DNA of 45,463 nucleotides, taken from an uncultured Eubacteriales bacterium (lineage in GTDB: Bacteria; Actinomycetota; Coriobacteriia; Anaerosomatales; JAAXUF01). The translations under genes and the position numbers were made by a program. The DNA lies in NCBI GenBank assembly GCA_964541225.1, contig CAZIPN010000011.1, forward strand, positions 17,976-63,438, in the 5' to 3' direction. Positions 11,382 to 20,418 of the stretch are shown piece after piece (position 1 is the stretch's first letter; the number at the start of each line of letters is the position of its first letter). A model generated the notes under the pieces. That model saw nothing but the letters and a program-made list of their open reading frames with translations, did not search any database and was not told the origin of the DNA.

Positions 11382-11684
11382 CTACGCGTCCGGGCCTGCG
11401 GCGAGCCTGCCGAGAATGAACGCGTAGCCGTCGGCACCGTAATTCAGCGACTTGCTGACACGCGAGATCGTCGTTGCCGATGCGCCGGTCGCATCTTGAA
11501 TCGCCGTGTAGTGCTCACCACCCGAGAGCATCTGCGCGACATGCAGACGCTGCGCCATGTCCTGAATCTCGCGGATCGTGCACAGGTCAAGCAGAAGCGC
11601 GTACGCCTCGTCGACATTCTCGAGCAGGGCAAATGCCCGAAGCAGCTCTTCGACCTCAGACGTGCGGACGCGATCTTCCGGCAT
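11382..11684 (-). CDS. TrpR-like YerC/YecD family repressor (candidate HisR)
   Basis: DLCTIREIQDMAQRL and TGASATTISRVSKSLNYGADGY are typical of YerC/YecD. Start at ATG 11684 behind SD GGGGAG. Confidence 0.9.
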   Translation of the reverse strand: MPEDRVRTSEVEELLRAFALLENVDEAYALLLDLCTIREIQDMAQRLHVAQMLSGGEHYTAIQDATGASATTISRVSKSLNYGADGYAFILGRLAAGPDA

Positions 11685-11732
11685 AAAGGCAGACTCCCCA
11701 GGGGCGACGGGCAACCACAAGATATCGGGGTC

Positions 11733-11741
11733 AGAATAGCA
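11733..11741 (-). promoter_or_regulatory. Extended -10 (TGCTATTCT) for the yerC-like gene and dnaE
   Basis: TGnTAnnnT about 50 nt upstream of the ATG; no clear -35. Confidence 0.45.
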
Positions 11742-11848
11742 TGCGGCACCGACATGATGGGTCTGTGGATAGCCGAACGGCCCAGGGGCTGCGATGAGTG
11801 GCCACGTGCCTTGCGGCCAGTCGAGTCCGGCCCCGCGAGGCACTCGCC

Positions 11849-12607
11849 CTACTCCGCCTCCGCGACCACCGGGTTCACGAGCGAGCCGATGCCCTCGATG
11901 CGCACCTCGACACTGTCGCCTTCGTGCAGCTCGCCGATCCCTCCAGGTGTCCCCGTGAGAATCACATCGCCAGGCAGCAGCGTCATCACATCGCTCACGA
12001 AGCTCACGAGTTCATGCGGCCCGAACAGCATGTCGCTTGTCGGTGCCTGCTGACGGACCTCGCCGTTGACCAGGCACTGCAGCATTAGCTTGCCCGGATC
12101 GACGTCAACCACCCACGGGCCAATCGGGCAAAACGTGTCGAAGCTCTTCGCGCGAGTCCACTGGCCGTCGATGTGCTGCAGACGGCGCGCGGTGACGTCG
12201 TTGCCGCACGTGTAGCCGAGCACGTGGCTGGCGACATCCTCGACGGCGACGTGATGCGCCGTCTTGCCCATCACGATGGCGAGCTCGGCCTCGTAGTCCA
12301 CGCGGCCGGCGCGCTTGGGAATGACGATCGGCTCGGCGGGCCCGATCACGGTGGTTGGCGGCTTGAGGAAGATCACTGGGTCGGTATGCAGGGTGTTGCC
12401 CATCTCGGCGATGTGGGTCCGGTAGTTCAGCCCCACGCACACGACCTTGGATGGTTGGACCGGGCAGACCAGCTTCGCGTCGCCGAGCGGGACTTCGCCG
12501 TTTGCCCTCCATGCCGAGAACGGGTCGCCGGAGATGAGCGTGACCGTCTCATCCTCAACCATCCCGTAGCGCACGCCACCGTCATGAATGATCCGGACGA
12601 GTTTCAT
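11849..12607 (-). CDS. Fumarylacetoacetate hydrolase (FAH) family protein
   Basis: KVVCVGLNY, FLKP, DYEAELA, NDVTAR, RAKSFDTFCP and GDVILTGTP motifs. Start at MKLVR. Confidence 0.93.
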   Translation of the reverse strand: MKLVRIIHDGGVRYGMVEDETVTLISGDPFSAWRANGEVPLGDAKLVCPVQPSKVVCVGLNYRTHIAEMGNTLHTDPVIFLKPPTTVIGPAEPIVIPKRAGRVDYEAELAIVMGKTAHHVAVEDVASHVLGYTCGNDVTARRLQHIDGQWTRAKSFDTFCPIGPWVVDVDPGKLMLQCLVNGEVRQQAPTSDMLFGPHELVSFVSDVMTLLPGDVILTGTPGGIGELHEGDSVEVRIEGIGSLVNPVVAEAE

Positions 12608-12722
12608 CCTGCCCCTTAGGATCTTGCCGAACACGCGTCTGTACTCAAGGTTCTGCGAATCTCGGCGTTCTCCTGCCCCCCGTTGCAAAAACTGCTCGCC
12701 ATCTGCGCCGCCCGCCTCGCCG

Positions 12723-14285
12723 CTACTCCTTCTCGGCGATGCCCAACCCGTAGTCGATCGAGTCCACCAGCGCCTCCCACGAAGCCTCGATGATGTTCTC
12801 CGACACGCCGACAGTTCCCCAGCTCTTCTCGCCATCGGTCGACTCAATGAGCACGCGCGTCACCGCGCCGGTGCCCTTGTGCTCGTCGAGCACGCGCACC
12901 TTGTAGTCTTCAAGCGAGATGTTGGCAAGGTGCGGGTAGAAGCGGCCGATCGCGGTTCGCAGTGCCTTGTCGAGCGCGTTGACGGGGCCGTTGCCTTCCG
13001 CCATCGCGATGTAGCGATGGCCGCCCACGTGCACCTTGATCGTGGCTTCCGTCGCGACGCGACCGTCCTTGCGCTTCTCGGCGATCACACGGAAGGACTC
13101 CAGCTCGAAACTCGGCTCGTAGGTGCCCAACCGCTTCTTGAGCATGATCGAGAGCGATCCGTCAGCTGCCTCGAACGAATATCCGCGATACTCCAACTCC
13201 TTGATCGCGTCGAGCGCGGCGGCCACCTCGTCCTGCTCCGCCGAGAGGTCGATGCCGAGTTCGGCCGCCTTCATCGTGAGTGACGCCCGGCCAGCAAGCT
13301 CGCTCACCACAACACGCGCCTGATTGCCCACCGACGCCGGCTCGACATGCTCGTAGGCTGCCGAGAGACGCGCGGCCGCGCTCGCGTGCACGCCGCCCTT
13401 GTGCGCGAACGCGCTCGAACCCACGAACGGCTGGAACGGATTCGGCGAGATGTTCGCTGTCTCGGCGACGAAATGGCTGACTTCGGTCAGCAGCTTGAGT
13501 TGCTCGGCAGTGATGGCATCATCGCCCATCTTGAGCACCAGGCTCGGGATGATCGTGATGAGATCGGCGTTGCCCGCGCGCTCGCCGTAGCCGTTTACGG
13601 TGCCTTGCACGTGCACCGCACCCGCGTCGACGGCCACGAGCGAGTTCGCCACCGCGCACCCTGAGTCGTTGTGAGCGTGAATGCCGAGAGGACACTTCAC
13701 GACCTCGCCGATCTCGCGCACGATCGCGGCGACCTCTTGCGGCAGCGATCCGCCGTTGGTGTCGCACAGCACGATGCAGTCAGCGCCAGCATCGGCGGCG
13801 GCCCGCACCACATCAAGCGCGTAGTCGCGGTTGGCTTTGTAGCCGTCGAAGACGTGCTCGGCGTCGAAGAAGACGGTGTCGACCTGCCCCTTGAGGTAGG
13901 CCACCGAGTCACGCACCATCCGCACGTTTTCTTCGAGCGTGGTTTGCAGCGTGTCGGTGACGTGCAGATCCCACGCTTTGCCGAAGACGCACAGTGCCTT
14001 GCAGCCGGTGGCCACCATCGCATCGAGGCCGATGTCGTCCTCGGCGGGCGTGTCCTTGCGACACGTCGGTCCGAACGCGGTGATCACCGCCTGCTCGAGC
14101 TCGAGCTCATCGATACGCTCGAAGAACTCGCTGTCCTTCGGGTTGGAGCCCGGGAAGCCGCCTTCGATGTAGCGCACGCCGAGCAGATCGAGCTTGGCCG
14201 CGACACGCAGCTTGTCCTCAACCGAGAGGGAGAGCCCCTCGCGTTGTGCACCATCACGCAAAGTAGTGTCGTAGAGAGTCACCAC
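12723..14285 (-). CDS. cimA: Citramalate synthase (DRE-TIM family, bacterial type)
   Basis: DTTLRDGAQREG.S.SVEDK, GGFPGSNPKD, FDAEH and AHKGGVH motifs. Distinct from the canonical leuA also in this window. Start approximate. Confidence 0.87.
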   Translation of the reverse strand: MVTLYDTTLRDGAQREGLSLSVEDKLRVAAKLDLLGVRYIEGGFPGSNPKDSEFFERIDELELEQAVITAFGPTCRKDTPAEDDIGLDAMVATGCKALCVFGKAWDLHVTDTLQTTLEENVRMVRDSVAYLKGQVDTVFFDAEHVFDGYKANRDYALDVVRAAADAGADCIVLCDTNGGSLPQEVAAIVREIGEVVKCPLGIHAHNDSGCAVANSLVAVDAGAVHVQGTVNGYGERAGNADLITIIPSLVLKMGDDAITAEQLKLLTEVSHFVAETANISPNPFQPFVGSSAFAHKGGVHASAAARLSAAYEHVEPASVGNQARVVVSELAGRASLTMKAAELGIDLSAEQDEVAAALDAIKELEYRGYSFEAADGSLSIMLKKRLGTYEPSFELESFRVIAEKRKDGRVATEATIKVHVGGHRYIAMAEGNGPVNALDKALRTAIGRFYPHLANISLEDYKVRVLDEHKGTGAVTRVLIESTDGEKSWGTVGVSENIIEASWEALVDSIDYGLGIAEKE

Positions 14286-14355
14286 AGCAAGCTCCAAAGA
14301 TCAGCGAGGCAGATGCGAAGACATCGTAGCGCACAGACGCGAGGCGGCGAGCAGG

Positions 14356-15273
14356 CTAGACTCTCTCGAGCCACTCTTCGTACTCGGCGACTTCACCGTG
14401 CACGGCCTTGAAGAACGTCTGCTGCAGGTCCAGCGTGATAGGGCCAGCGGGACCAATCACGCGATGATCCACCGAGCGCACGGGAACTACCTCGGCCGCC
14501 GAACCGGTCATGAACATTTCGTCGGCAACATAGAGGTCCGTGCGCACAAGTGACTCCTCGAGCACCGGATAGCCGAGATCGTCGGCGATCACCATCACCG
14601 AGTCGCGCGTAATGCCCTCGAGCAGACCGTCGGAGACCGGCGGCGTGGAGATGACGCCGTTGCGGACCACGAACAAGTTCTCGCCCGTGCCCTCGGTCAC
14701 GTGACCATTCTCGTTGAGCAGCACAGCCTCGTTGTAGCCGTGCTGGTTAGCTTCGATGCGGGCGAAACTCGAGTTCAGGTAGTTGCCGGTAGCCTTTATC
14801 GCAGGCGGCATCGAGTTCACCGAGCGCTGTCGCCACGAACTGACGCCGACATCGACGCCGGCAGCGAGCGCCTCCTCGCCCATGTACGTCTCCCACGGCC
14901 AGCAGGCAATCGTCACGTTGACCGGAGCCTCCAGTGGGTCGAGCCCCATCACGCCGTACGCGCGAAACGCGACCGGTCGGATGTAGCACGCAGGGAGCTT
15001 GTTCGCGCGGATCGTCTGCTTGACGACTTCTACCAGCTCATCAACCGTATAGCCGAGATCCATGAAGAGCATCTTGGCGCTTCTCTCGAAACGCTCCATG
15101 TGCTCGGTCAAGCGAAAGACGGCGGGACCCTCGGCAGTCTCGTAGCAGCGGATGCCCTCAAAGACGCCCGAACCATAGTGCAGCGCGTGAGAGAGTACGT
15201 GGACTTGAGCCTTGTCCCAGTCAATCAGCTCGCCGTCCATCCAGATCTTGTCGACCTTCGGCAAGTCAGCCAT
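14356..15273 (-). CDS. ilvE: Branched-chain amino acid aminotransferase
   Basis: HALHYGSGVFEGIR, YIRP, KATGNY, EGTGENLF and LEGITR motifs. Start at MADLP behind SD GGAGAG. Confidence 0.95.
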   Translation of the reverse strand: MADLPKVDKIWMDGELIDWDKAQVHVLSHALHYGSGVFEGIRCYETAEGPAVFRLTEHMERFERSAKMLFMDLGYTVDELVEVVKQTIRANKLPACYIRPVAFRAYGVMGLDPLEAPVNVTIACWPWETYMGEEALAAGVDVGVSSWRQRSVNSMPPAIKATGNYLNSSFARIEANQHGYNEAVLLNENGHVTEGTGENLFVVRNGVISTPPVSDGLLEGITRDSVMVIADDLGYPVLEESLVRTDLYVADEMFMTGSAAEVVPVRSVDHRVIGPAGPITLDLQQTFFKAVHGEVAEYEEWLERV

Positions 15274-15344
15274 GTCGCTCTCTCCTTCCCACGCTCGTGA
15301 GTGTAGGCGCCTAGTGTAGCGCAGCAGGCAGGTACGAACCGCGC

Positions 15345-16466
15345 CTACTCGGCGTCGATCGTCTCGGCGACGAGGTCGCCGATGGCAACCGTACCGGCAA
15401 TGCGATCCTTGGGTGTCTCGGCAGTTGCGAGGTCGCGGCTGCGCCATCCCTCGATCAGAATGCCCTCGATCGCCATCGCGAGCTCGTGCGCGGCCTGCTG
15501 CATGTGGAAGCTGTGGCGCAGCATCATCTCGACTGAGAGCAACATCGCGAGCGGATTCGCGATGCCCTGGCCCGCGATGTCGGGCGCCGAGCCGTGGCTT
15601 GGCTCATACAGCGCCGTCCCATCGCCGAGCGACGCGCTCGCGAGCATGCCGAGCGACCCGGTCAGCATCGACGCCTCGTCGGAGAGAATGTCGCCGAACA
15701 TGTTCTCCGTGACGATCACGTCAAACTGCCCGGGATTCCTTATGAGCTGCATCGCGCAGTTGTCCACGAGCTGGTCGATGAGCTCGACATCGGGGTACTC
15801 GGCATCGTGGACGCGGTGCACGATCTCGCGCCACAGCCGTGAGCTTTCGAGCACGTTAGCCTTGTCTACGCTGTGAACGCGATTTCGCCGTGTGCGAGCC
15901 GCATCGAACGCCGAGCGAGCGATGCGCTCGATCTCGAACTCGCTGTAGTCCATCGTGTCGTACGCCCGCGAGCCCGCCGAGCCACCCTCGCCCGACCCGG
16001 CCACATTGTGTTCCCGCGCGCGATCGCCAAAATACAGCCCGCCCGTCAGCTCGCGGACGATGAGCAAGTCGACGCCTTCGAGGACGTCGGGCTTGAGCGT
16101 CGAGGCATCCCGCAGGGCCTCGTAGATCTTGACCGGCCGCAGGTTGGCGAAGAGTCCCAGCTCTTTGCGCAGGCCGAGAAGCCCCTGCTCCGGACGCGGC
16201 GCATTGGGGTCGGTGGTGTCCCACTTTGGTCCGCCGATTGCCGCAAGCAAAACCGCGTCGGCGTTGTGTGCTGCCTGAAGTGTCTCGTCTGGCAGCGCAC
16301 TGCCCGTGGCGTCAATCGCTGCGCCGCCGAGCAACGCCTCTTGAAACTCCCACGTCACGTCGTGCTTCGCGCCGATTCTCGCAAGCACCTTGACGGCTTC
16401 GGCTGTGATTTCCGGGCCAATACCGTCACCCGGAAGCAGGCATATCCTGTGTGTCGTCTGTGTCAC
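15345..16466 (-). CDS. leuB: 3-isopropylmalate dehydrogenase
   Basis: [33 protein letters not shown] and HGSAPDIAG (NAD-type) motifs. Confidence 0.96.
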   Translation of the reverse strand: MTQTTHRICLLPGDGIGPEITAEAVKVLARIGAKHDVTWEFQEALLGGAAIDATGSALPDETLQAAHNADAVLLAAIGGPKWDTTDPNAPRPEQGLLGLRKELGLFANLRPVKIYEALRDASTLKPDVLEGVDLLIVRELTGGLYFGDRAREHNVAGSGEGGSAGSRAYDTMDYSEFEIERIARSAFDAARTRRNRVHSVDKANVLESSRLWREIVHRVHDAEYPDVELIDQLVDNCAMQLIRNPGQFDVIVTENMFGDILSDEASMLTGSLGMLASASLGDGTALYEPSHGSAPDIAGQGIANPLAMLLSVEMMLRHSFHMQQAAHELAMAIEGILIEGWRSRDLATAETPKDRIAGTVAIGDLVAETIDAE

Positions 16467-16501
16467 GGGATCCCCTCTACAAGCTGGCTACGGTGGCGCG
16501 T

Positions 16502-16510
16502 ATTCTAGCA
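16502..16510 (-). promoter_or_regulatory. Extended -10 (TGCTAGAAT), internal promoter for leuB
   Basis: Near-consensus TGnTAnAAT about 35 nt upstream of the leuB start, in a 194-nt gap. Confidence 0.55.
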
Positions 16511-16660
16511 TGCACGGCAAGCAACCTTGAGCCGCATTTCCGCAGGCGGATGTCTTTGGACGCCGCGCGGCAGCGCCACCCACGCGGCATCGGCGTCACA
16601 ACGTGCGCCGCAGGCGACTCGCGATCAGCGCAGCCCGCCCTCGCACGCCACCAGCAGAAC

Positions 16661-17149
16661 CTACGCCTTGGCCTTGAGCGACTCCACGAGCCCGCCGCCC
16701 TCGATGATGTCCTTGATGAACGGCGGGAATGGCTGCGCCTGATACGACACGCCCGCAGTCTCGTTCGTGATCAGGCCGGTGTCGGCATCGACCGTGACCT
16801 TGTCGCCGTCAGAGATGCCGTCGACTGCGTCAGGCGCCTCCATGATCGGCAGGCCGGTATTAATCGCGTTGCGGTAGAAGATGCGCGCGAAGCTCTTCGC
16901 GATCACGACAGACACACCGGCGGCTTTGATCGAGATCGGCGCATGCTCCCGGCTCGATCCACAGCCGAAGTTCTCCTCGGCGACGAGGATGTCACCCGCC
17001 TCGACCTTGCCGACAAACCCCGCGTCGAGATCTTCCATGCAGTGCTTGCCGAGTTCAACCGGGTCGGACGTGTTCAGATAGCGGGCCGGGATGATGACGT
17101 CGGTGTCGACGTCGCGGCCGTAGCGGTGAGCGGTTCCTGTGAACTTCAT
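16661..17149 (-). CDS. leuD: 3-isopropylmalate dehydratase small subunit (short type)
   Basis: [20 protein letters not shown] and [12 protein letters not shown] motifs. Confidence 0.95.
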   Translation of the reverse strand: MKFTGTAHRYGRDVDTDVIIPARYLNTSDPVELGKHCMEDLDAGFVGKVEAGDILVAEENFGCGSSREHAPISIKAAGVSVVIAKSFARIFYRNAINTGLPIMEAPDAVDGISDGDKVTVDADTGLITNETAGVSYQAQPFPPFIKDIIEGGGLVESLKAKA

Positions 17150-17162
17150 GACGTGCTCCTTC

Positions 17163-18431
17163 TTATGTCAGATCGTCCGGCAGCGCGATATGCCCGGCGA
17201 CAGCGGTAGCAGCAGCAACGGCAGGCGAGCCGAGGTAGACCTCGCTCTTGGGATCGCCCATCCGCCCCACGAAGTTGCGATTGGTAGTCGCAAGCGCTCT
17301 CTCTCCTGCCGCCAACACTCCCATGTGCCCGCCGAGGCACGGACCGCAGGTCGGGGTCGAGACCGCGGCGTTCGCGTCGAGGAAGATGTCGAAGAGCCCC
17401 TCGTTCATCGCCTGGCGATAGATCGCCTGCGTGGCCGGGATGACGATCAGGCGAACGCCGGGGTGCACCGTGCGGCCCTTGAGCACCTTGGCTGCGATGC
17501 GCAGGTCCTCGATGCGCCCGTTCGTACAACTGCCGATAACGACCTGGTCGACGACGACCTCGCGGCTCTCGGCGACTGGACGCGTGTTGCTCGGCAAGTG
17601 GGGCCAGGCCACCGTGGGCACGATGTCGGCGGCGTCGATGTCGTAGACGGCCGCGTACTCGGCGTCTGCATCGCTCGCGTACTCGACCCACTCGCGCTCG
17701 GCGCGGCCCGTGAGGTACGCGCGCGCGGTGTCGTCGACGGCAATGATGCCGTTCTTGCCGCCAGCCTCAATCGCCATGTTGCAGATCGTGAAGCGATCGT
17801 CCATGCCCAGGCGCTCGATGGTGTCACCAGTGAACTCCATCGACTGGTAGAGCGCGCCATCGACGCCGATCATGCCGATGATGTGCAAGATGATATCCTT
17901 GCCGCTCACCCACGGGCCAAGCTCGCCGGTGACGTTGAACTTGATCGAGGCCGGCACCTTAAACCATGCCTCGCCGGTCGCCATGCCAGCCGCAGCGTCA
18001 GTCGATCCGACCCCGGTTGCAAACGCGCCGAGGGCACCGTACGTGCATGTATGCGAGTCGGCGCCGATGATTACATCGCCCGCGACCACCACACCGCGCT
18101 CTGGGAGCAGCGCGTGCTCCACGCCCATGCAGCCGATCTCGTAGTAGTGCGAGATGTCTTGCTCCCGCGCGAAGTCGCGAACCATCTTGGCCTGCTCGGC
18201 ACTCTTGATGTCTTTGTTCGGCGTGTAGTGATCCGGCACCAGCGCGATGCGGGACGGATCCCACACCTTCTCAACGCCGATCTTGGCAAACTCCTTGATC
18301 GAAATGGGCGCCGTCACGTCGTTGGCCAGCACGATGTCGAGCTTGCAGTTCACGAGCTGCCCAGGCTCGACCGAATCCAGCCCTGCATGAGCAGCGAGAA
18401 TCTTCTCGGTGATAGTCATTGCACGTGTCAT
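17163..18431 (-). CDS. leuC: 3-isopropylmalate dehydratase large subunit (about 420-aa LeuC/HacA type)
   Basis: [21 protein letters not shown] and TTNRNF motifs. Start at ATG 18431 behind SD GGAGG. Confidence 0.95.
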   Translation of the reverse strand: MTRAMTITEKILAAHAGLDSVEPGQLVNCKLDIVLANDVTAPISIKEFAKIGVEKVWDPSRIALVPDHYTPNKDIKSAEQAKMVRDFAREQDISHYYEIGCMGVEHALLPERGVVVAGDVIIGADSHTCTYGALGAFATGVGSTDAAAGMATGEAWFKVPASIKFNVTGELGPWVSGKDIILHIIGMIGVDGALYQSMEFTGDTIERLGMDDRFTICNMAIEAGGKNGIIAVDDTARAYLTGRAEREWVEYASDADAEYAAVYDIDAADIVPTVAWPHLPSNTRPVAESREVVVDQVVIGSCTNGRIEDLRIAAKVLKGRTVHPGVRLIVIPATQAIYRQAMNEGLFDIFLDANAAVSTPTCGPCLGGHMGVLAAGERALATTNRNFVGRMGDPKSEVYLGSPAVAAATAVAGHIALPDDLT

Positions 18432-18510
18432 GTAAGTCCTCCAAGTCACTCGCACCCTTCGCGGGCGTCGCACTGATTCGGCGAATCGCTCCGGGCGCGA
18501 AAGTCGTAAC

Positions 18511-18539
18511 AGCGTATTGCCGGCCGAAGTATCAAGCAA
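18511..18539 (-). promoter_or_regulatory. Sigma-70-type promoter for leuCD (TTGCTT-17-TACGCT)
   Basis: Correct spacing, 80 nt upstream of leuC in a 230-nt gap. Confidence 0.55.
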
Positions 18540-18661
18540 GCGACACTCGGGGGCGAGCTAAACGAGCTGAACCCGGTGTGGCGGATTCGGCCTGTCGCGT
18601 CGCCCATCGCGTGCTCGGCCAATCTCGCGCGGCCCAATCGCGAGGTCAGCCGCACTCAACC

Positions 18662-20209
18662 CTACGTCGCCGACACACCGCCAGCCTGCTCTTTGGAAAC
18701 CAGGAGCCGATTGAGCGCGTTCGTGTAGGCCTTCGCCGACGCGACGATGATGTCGGAATGCGCGCCTCGGCCGGTGAAGACCTGCCCGTCTTCGGATGTG
18801 ACGCGGATCGTCACTTCGCCCAGGGCGTCAATCCCGTGCGTGACAGCCTGCACGCTGAACTCCGAGAGATCATTGGGCACGTCAACGATGCGGTTGATGG
18901 CCTTGTACACGGCATCAACGGGACCGGTTCCGTGACTCGAATCGATGACGTGCTCCCCATCGCGCGCAACGAGTTCGACCGTGGCTGTCGGAATGCCCGG
19001 CTCGCCGCCAGTGAACTGCACCTGCTCGAGATGGTAGATCTCATTGAGCGTGCGCTCACTCTCGCCCACCAACGCTTCCAGATCCTCGTCGTAGACTTCC
19101 TTCTTCTTGTCGGCCAGCTCCAGGAACGCGGTGTGAACGCGCTCGAACTCCTCGTCCGGCAGTGTGTAGCCCAGCTCCTCGAGCCGATGCCGCAGGGCGT
19201 GTCGGCCACTCCGCGCGGTGAGCACGATTTCCGAGCCACCCGCGCCAACATCGGCGGGATCGATGATCTCGTAGGTGGAGCGTTCCTTGAGCACGCCATC
19301 TTGGTGGATGCCACTGGAGTGCGCGAACGCGTTGGCGCCAACAATCGCCTTGTTGGGCTGCACTCGAATGCCGGTGATGCTGCTCACCAGCCGAGACGTG
19401 CGCACGAACTCCCGCGTGTTGATGTCGGTTCGCACGTCGCCGAGGAGCGTACCGCGCTGGCGAATCGCCATCACGACCTCCTCCATCGCCGTGTTGCCCG
19501 CGCGCTCTCCGAGGCCGTTGATCGTGCATTCCGCCTGCCGAGCGCCCGCGGCCACGGCCGCCAGCGTGTTCGCCGTCGCCATGCCCAGATCGTTGTGGCA
19601 GTGCACCGAGATCGTCACGTCGTCGATCCCCGGCACATGCTCCTTGACCCCCGCGATGAGCGCGCCGAACTCGGCAGGAATCGAATAGCCGGTGGTGTCG
19701 GGGATGTTGACGACCGTTGCCCCAGCGGCAACCACGGCCGCGATCATGCGGTAGACGAACTCGGGGTTGGCTCGCCCTGCATCCTCGGCGTAGAACTCGA
19801 CGTCGCCGACAAGACCGCGCGCGTGCTTGACCGCGGCGACGGCGCGCTCGACGGCCTCGTCTTCGGAGATGCGCAGCTTGTCGCGCAGATGGCTTTCGCT
19901 CACGCCGATGCCGGTGTGGATGCGCGGACGCTTCGCGGTCGAAAGAGCGTCGGCGGCCACGTCGATGTCTTTGATCACGGCCCGAGACAGGCCGCACACA
20001 ACGGCAGCGTCGCCTACTTCGGCGCCAATGCGCCGCACGCTCTCGAAATCGCCGGGACTCGAGATCGGAAAGCCGGCCTCGATCACATCGACGCCCAAGC
20101 GCACGAGCTGTCGTGCGATCTCGAGCTTCTCCTCGGTGTTCATGGACGCGCCCGGCGATTGTTCGCCGTCTCGCAAGGTCGTATCGAAGATGTAGACTTT
20201 CTCGCTCAT
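18662..20209 (-). CDS. leuA: 2-isopropylmalate synthase
   Basis: [26 protein letters not shown] and [12 protein letters not shown] motifs plus a C-terminal regulatory domain. Confidence 0.96.
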   Translation of the reverse strand: MSEKVYIFDTTLRDGEQSPGASMNTEEKLEIARQLVRLGVDVIEAGFPISSPGDFESVRRIGAEVGDAAVVCGLSRAVIKDIDVAADALSTAKRPRIHTGIGVSESHLRDKLRISEDEAVERAVAAVKHARGLVGDVEFYAEDAGRANPEFVYRMIAAVVAAGATVVNIPDTTGYSIPAEFGALIAGVKEHVPGIDDVTISVHCHNDLGMATANTLAAVAAGARQAECTINGLGERAGNTAMEEVVMAIRQRGTLLGDVRTDINTREFVRTSRLVSSITGIRVQPNKAIVGANAFAHSSGIHQDGVLKERSTYEIIDPADVGAGGSEIVLTARSGRHALRHRLEELGYTLPDEEFERVHTAFLELADKKKEVYDEDLEALVGESERTLNEIYHLEQVQFTGGEPGIPTATVELVARDGEHVIDSSHGTGPVDAVYKAINRIVDVPNDLSEFSVQAVTHGIDALGEVTIRVTSEDGQVFTGRGAHSDIIVASAKAYTNALNRLLVSKEQAGGVSAT

Positions 20210-20266
20210 GAGGACTCCTCCGTCCGGATGTAACGGTCGCTCGATCCGTGGCGGGGCCGACGGCCT

Positions 20267-20341
20267 CTAGGCGAGGCGCGTCGGCGAGATAAGTCGCTCG
20301 CGAAACAGCAAGCCGAATAGCACGTCCGCCGCGCGCACCAT
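20267..20341 (-). promoter_or_regulatory. Candidate leucine leader peptide MVRAADVLFGLLFRERLISPTRLA
   Basis: 24-codon ORF ending 57 nt before leuA, with five Leu codons (CTA, TTG, CTG, CTT, CTC). Extendable in frame to ATG 20413. Confidence 0.45.
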
Positions 20342-20418
20342 GATCCCCGCAGGAACTCCCTGCGGCGTCGCGGCCACTCGGCAACCATCGTGATTGTGCA
20401 CTCGGCGTGTCATCTCCT

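Noticed and set aside
20206-20388. 60-aa Cys/Arg-rich ORF whose stop overlaps the leuA ATG
   Set aside because: No SD, and the Cys codons are mostly the shifted reading of the Leu-rich frame. It cannot be fully excluded as a leaderless, coupled uORF.
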